This document shows positions 62,701 to 64,000 of a DNA stretch of 64,000 bases, one piece after another. The DNA comes from Botryllus schlosseri (lineage: Eukaryota). The notes under the pieces are model-generated. The model ran no database searches and was not told the origin of the DNA. It was given only the letters and a program-made list of their open reading frames with translations. Where the stretch lies: NCBI GenBank assembly GCA_051294905.1, contig CM119378.1, forward strand, positions 682,001 through 746,000, written 5' to 3'. The translations under genes and the position numbers were made by a program. Each line of letters starts with the position of its first letter. Position 1 is the stretch's first letter.

Positions 62701-63108
62701 GCCATGCCATAATATTCTCTAAAACGGGGTCCTCTAGTAAACAAAGGGTTAGCATTGCATTTTCATATTAATACTATAATTTACATCCCATGATGCGAAA
62801 GAATGCTTATTCTGTCAAAAATTGATACCTCCTGGGATGCATCAATACGAATCAAGCTCTCTGCACCTTCCACATAGCTCAATTTGCAGCTTTTAACAGT
62901 CCATGCGAACGAATTAAGACTGTTTTCGAAACTACTTACTTACTTGAGTAGATTTAAAGTCAGTCAATTCTACTTCTACTTCAAGTAGTTTTAGGTGGCT
63001 CATGGAAGAAGTACTTCTACTCGTACTTGAGTAGATTTTTTTCGTCGCTACTTCTACTTCTACTTAAGTACTTCTACTTCTACTTCTTGACTACTTTGAC
63101 CACCTGTA
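59783..63108. mobile_element. Middle MITE (inverted relative of 40668-41845)
   Basis: CAGAGGTGGTCAGTAACGAAGTAC ... TACTTTGACCACCTG; internal sequence is reverse-complementary to 40668-41845. Confidence 0.8.
60500..62553 (+). mobile_element. hAT-like transposon (CAGGCC-end group) with pseudogenised transposase (about 60904-62400)
   Basis: Perfect TIR CAGGCCGATTTAATATATCGCAA; perfect TSD GTAATGCC. ORF pieces: zinc-finger-like CSFCQVCGRE...KHMQQQHP, TDGAGNMTG, AHQLDLV, PTTSRVKADFS...LSDFSLEGVL; in-frame stops and a deletion. Confidence 0.92.
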
Positions 63109-64000
63109 GTGCTGAATAATTACGAGTGTTTTCTTTCATTTCCTCAAAATTGCTTCGCGGACCGGATGAAATCGTCTGGCTGGCCAGATGTTTCACACCC
63201 CTAGTCTAAGCAAGAAAGACAGTCGGAAGAGCAACACCGAACGATGTCTTTTGCATTGTGTGCTTTGAGCGAATAAAAATAACAGTGTTTAGAACAACAG
63301 TCACAGAAGTCATTGCACATATTGACTCGATTCATGACTAGTTGAATTTTGGAAGTACGAGCCATGATAATAATAATGAAGTCTCTGGATATACCATATT
63401 CAAGTCATTGTATTTTGCAAGATGATTGAAGTACAGATTGAGTTGTTGATTATTTATTGTGAATAGAGTAACGAATATATAGTTAATTATACTTGCCAAA
63501 AGGCGTTTTATCTGTCACACATATCTTCAACTGCTATTTCAACTACGTTGATAGTCACGAGTCAATCCACATTTCTGAAACGCCAAGCCGAGTCTAATTA
63601 CTTTTTCAAGATGAGTCCAGTCAAGTCAAGTCATGTGGAAAAGTTACCTCGAGTTATCCCAACAGTGAAACCGCTAACCACCGGTTAACGACTATCACTA
63701 TTCTCTCGAATTAGAGGTCCGCGAAAAAGTTAAGAGTCAGTCACTGTTTCAAATTATGGTGTATGATTGTAAAACTACTCCAAGCACAATTATGAAGATT
63801 CGTGGTAATGCAGAACCGGAACCACTCGAATCGATCTAATTGTCATGTTTTTAATGCTAGTTTTCAATCGAACTCCTACTTGTAATCAGGCCATGACGAT
63901 GGCTATGACGAAAGTCATCAGCTACACGCATTTCGCAGTTAGGCACTAACAAAAAGTATGTAGGGTTCCGCACTAACAAAAAGGTTAGGAACCTCTGTTC

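Larger units (their letters stand above)
59623..63203. mobile_element. Outer hAT (Charlie-like) MITE of a three-level nest
   Basis: Ends CAGAGGTGTGAAAC / GTTTCACACCCCTA; TSD GTCTAAGT/GTCTAAGC (7/8). Confidence 0.8.

Overview
Eukaryotic animal genomic DNA. Compact intron-poor genes, 58-67 nt introns and operon-like gene pairs suggest a tunicate (ascidian), but that is an inference. The window has three zones. (1) 0.3-8.4 kb is a tight cluster of five conserved genes: LRRC6/DNAAF11 (-), BORCS5 (+), SLC30A9 (+), GET1/WRB (-) and SMIM8 (-). Four have intronless CDSs, and two pairs look like operons; the BORCS5 stop lies only 12 nt from the SLC30A9 ATG. (2) About 9.5-37 kb is a gene-free island of nested transposons whose ends and target-site duplications (TSDs) can mostly be read directly: hAT elements and MITEs, a P-element derivative, a Harbinger/ISL2EU-like element, a probable Helitron, and a TIR element carrying a TTAGGG-rich G-repeat. 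(3) About 38-59 kb holds three tandem, same-strand, five-exon genes that the ORF track shows only as fragments. Assembled by hand, each encodes signal peptide + divergent CUB-like domain + Ser/Thr stalk + single TM + a tyrosine-motif-rich tail (YEEI, YEDV, NPLY, PxxP), with shared intron phases. This looks like an uncharacterised, fast-diverging receptor family and is the most interesting item. The window ends in a three-level nested hAT insertion. All family calls come from motif recognition, with no database searches.
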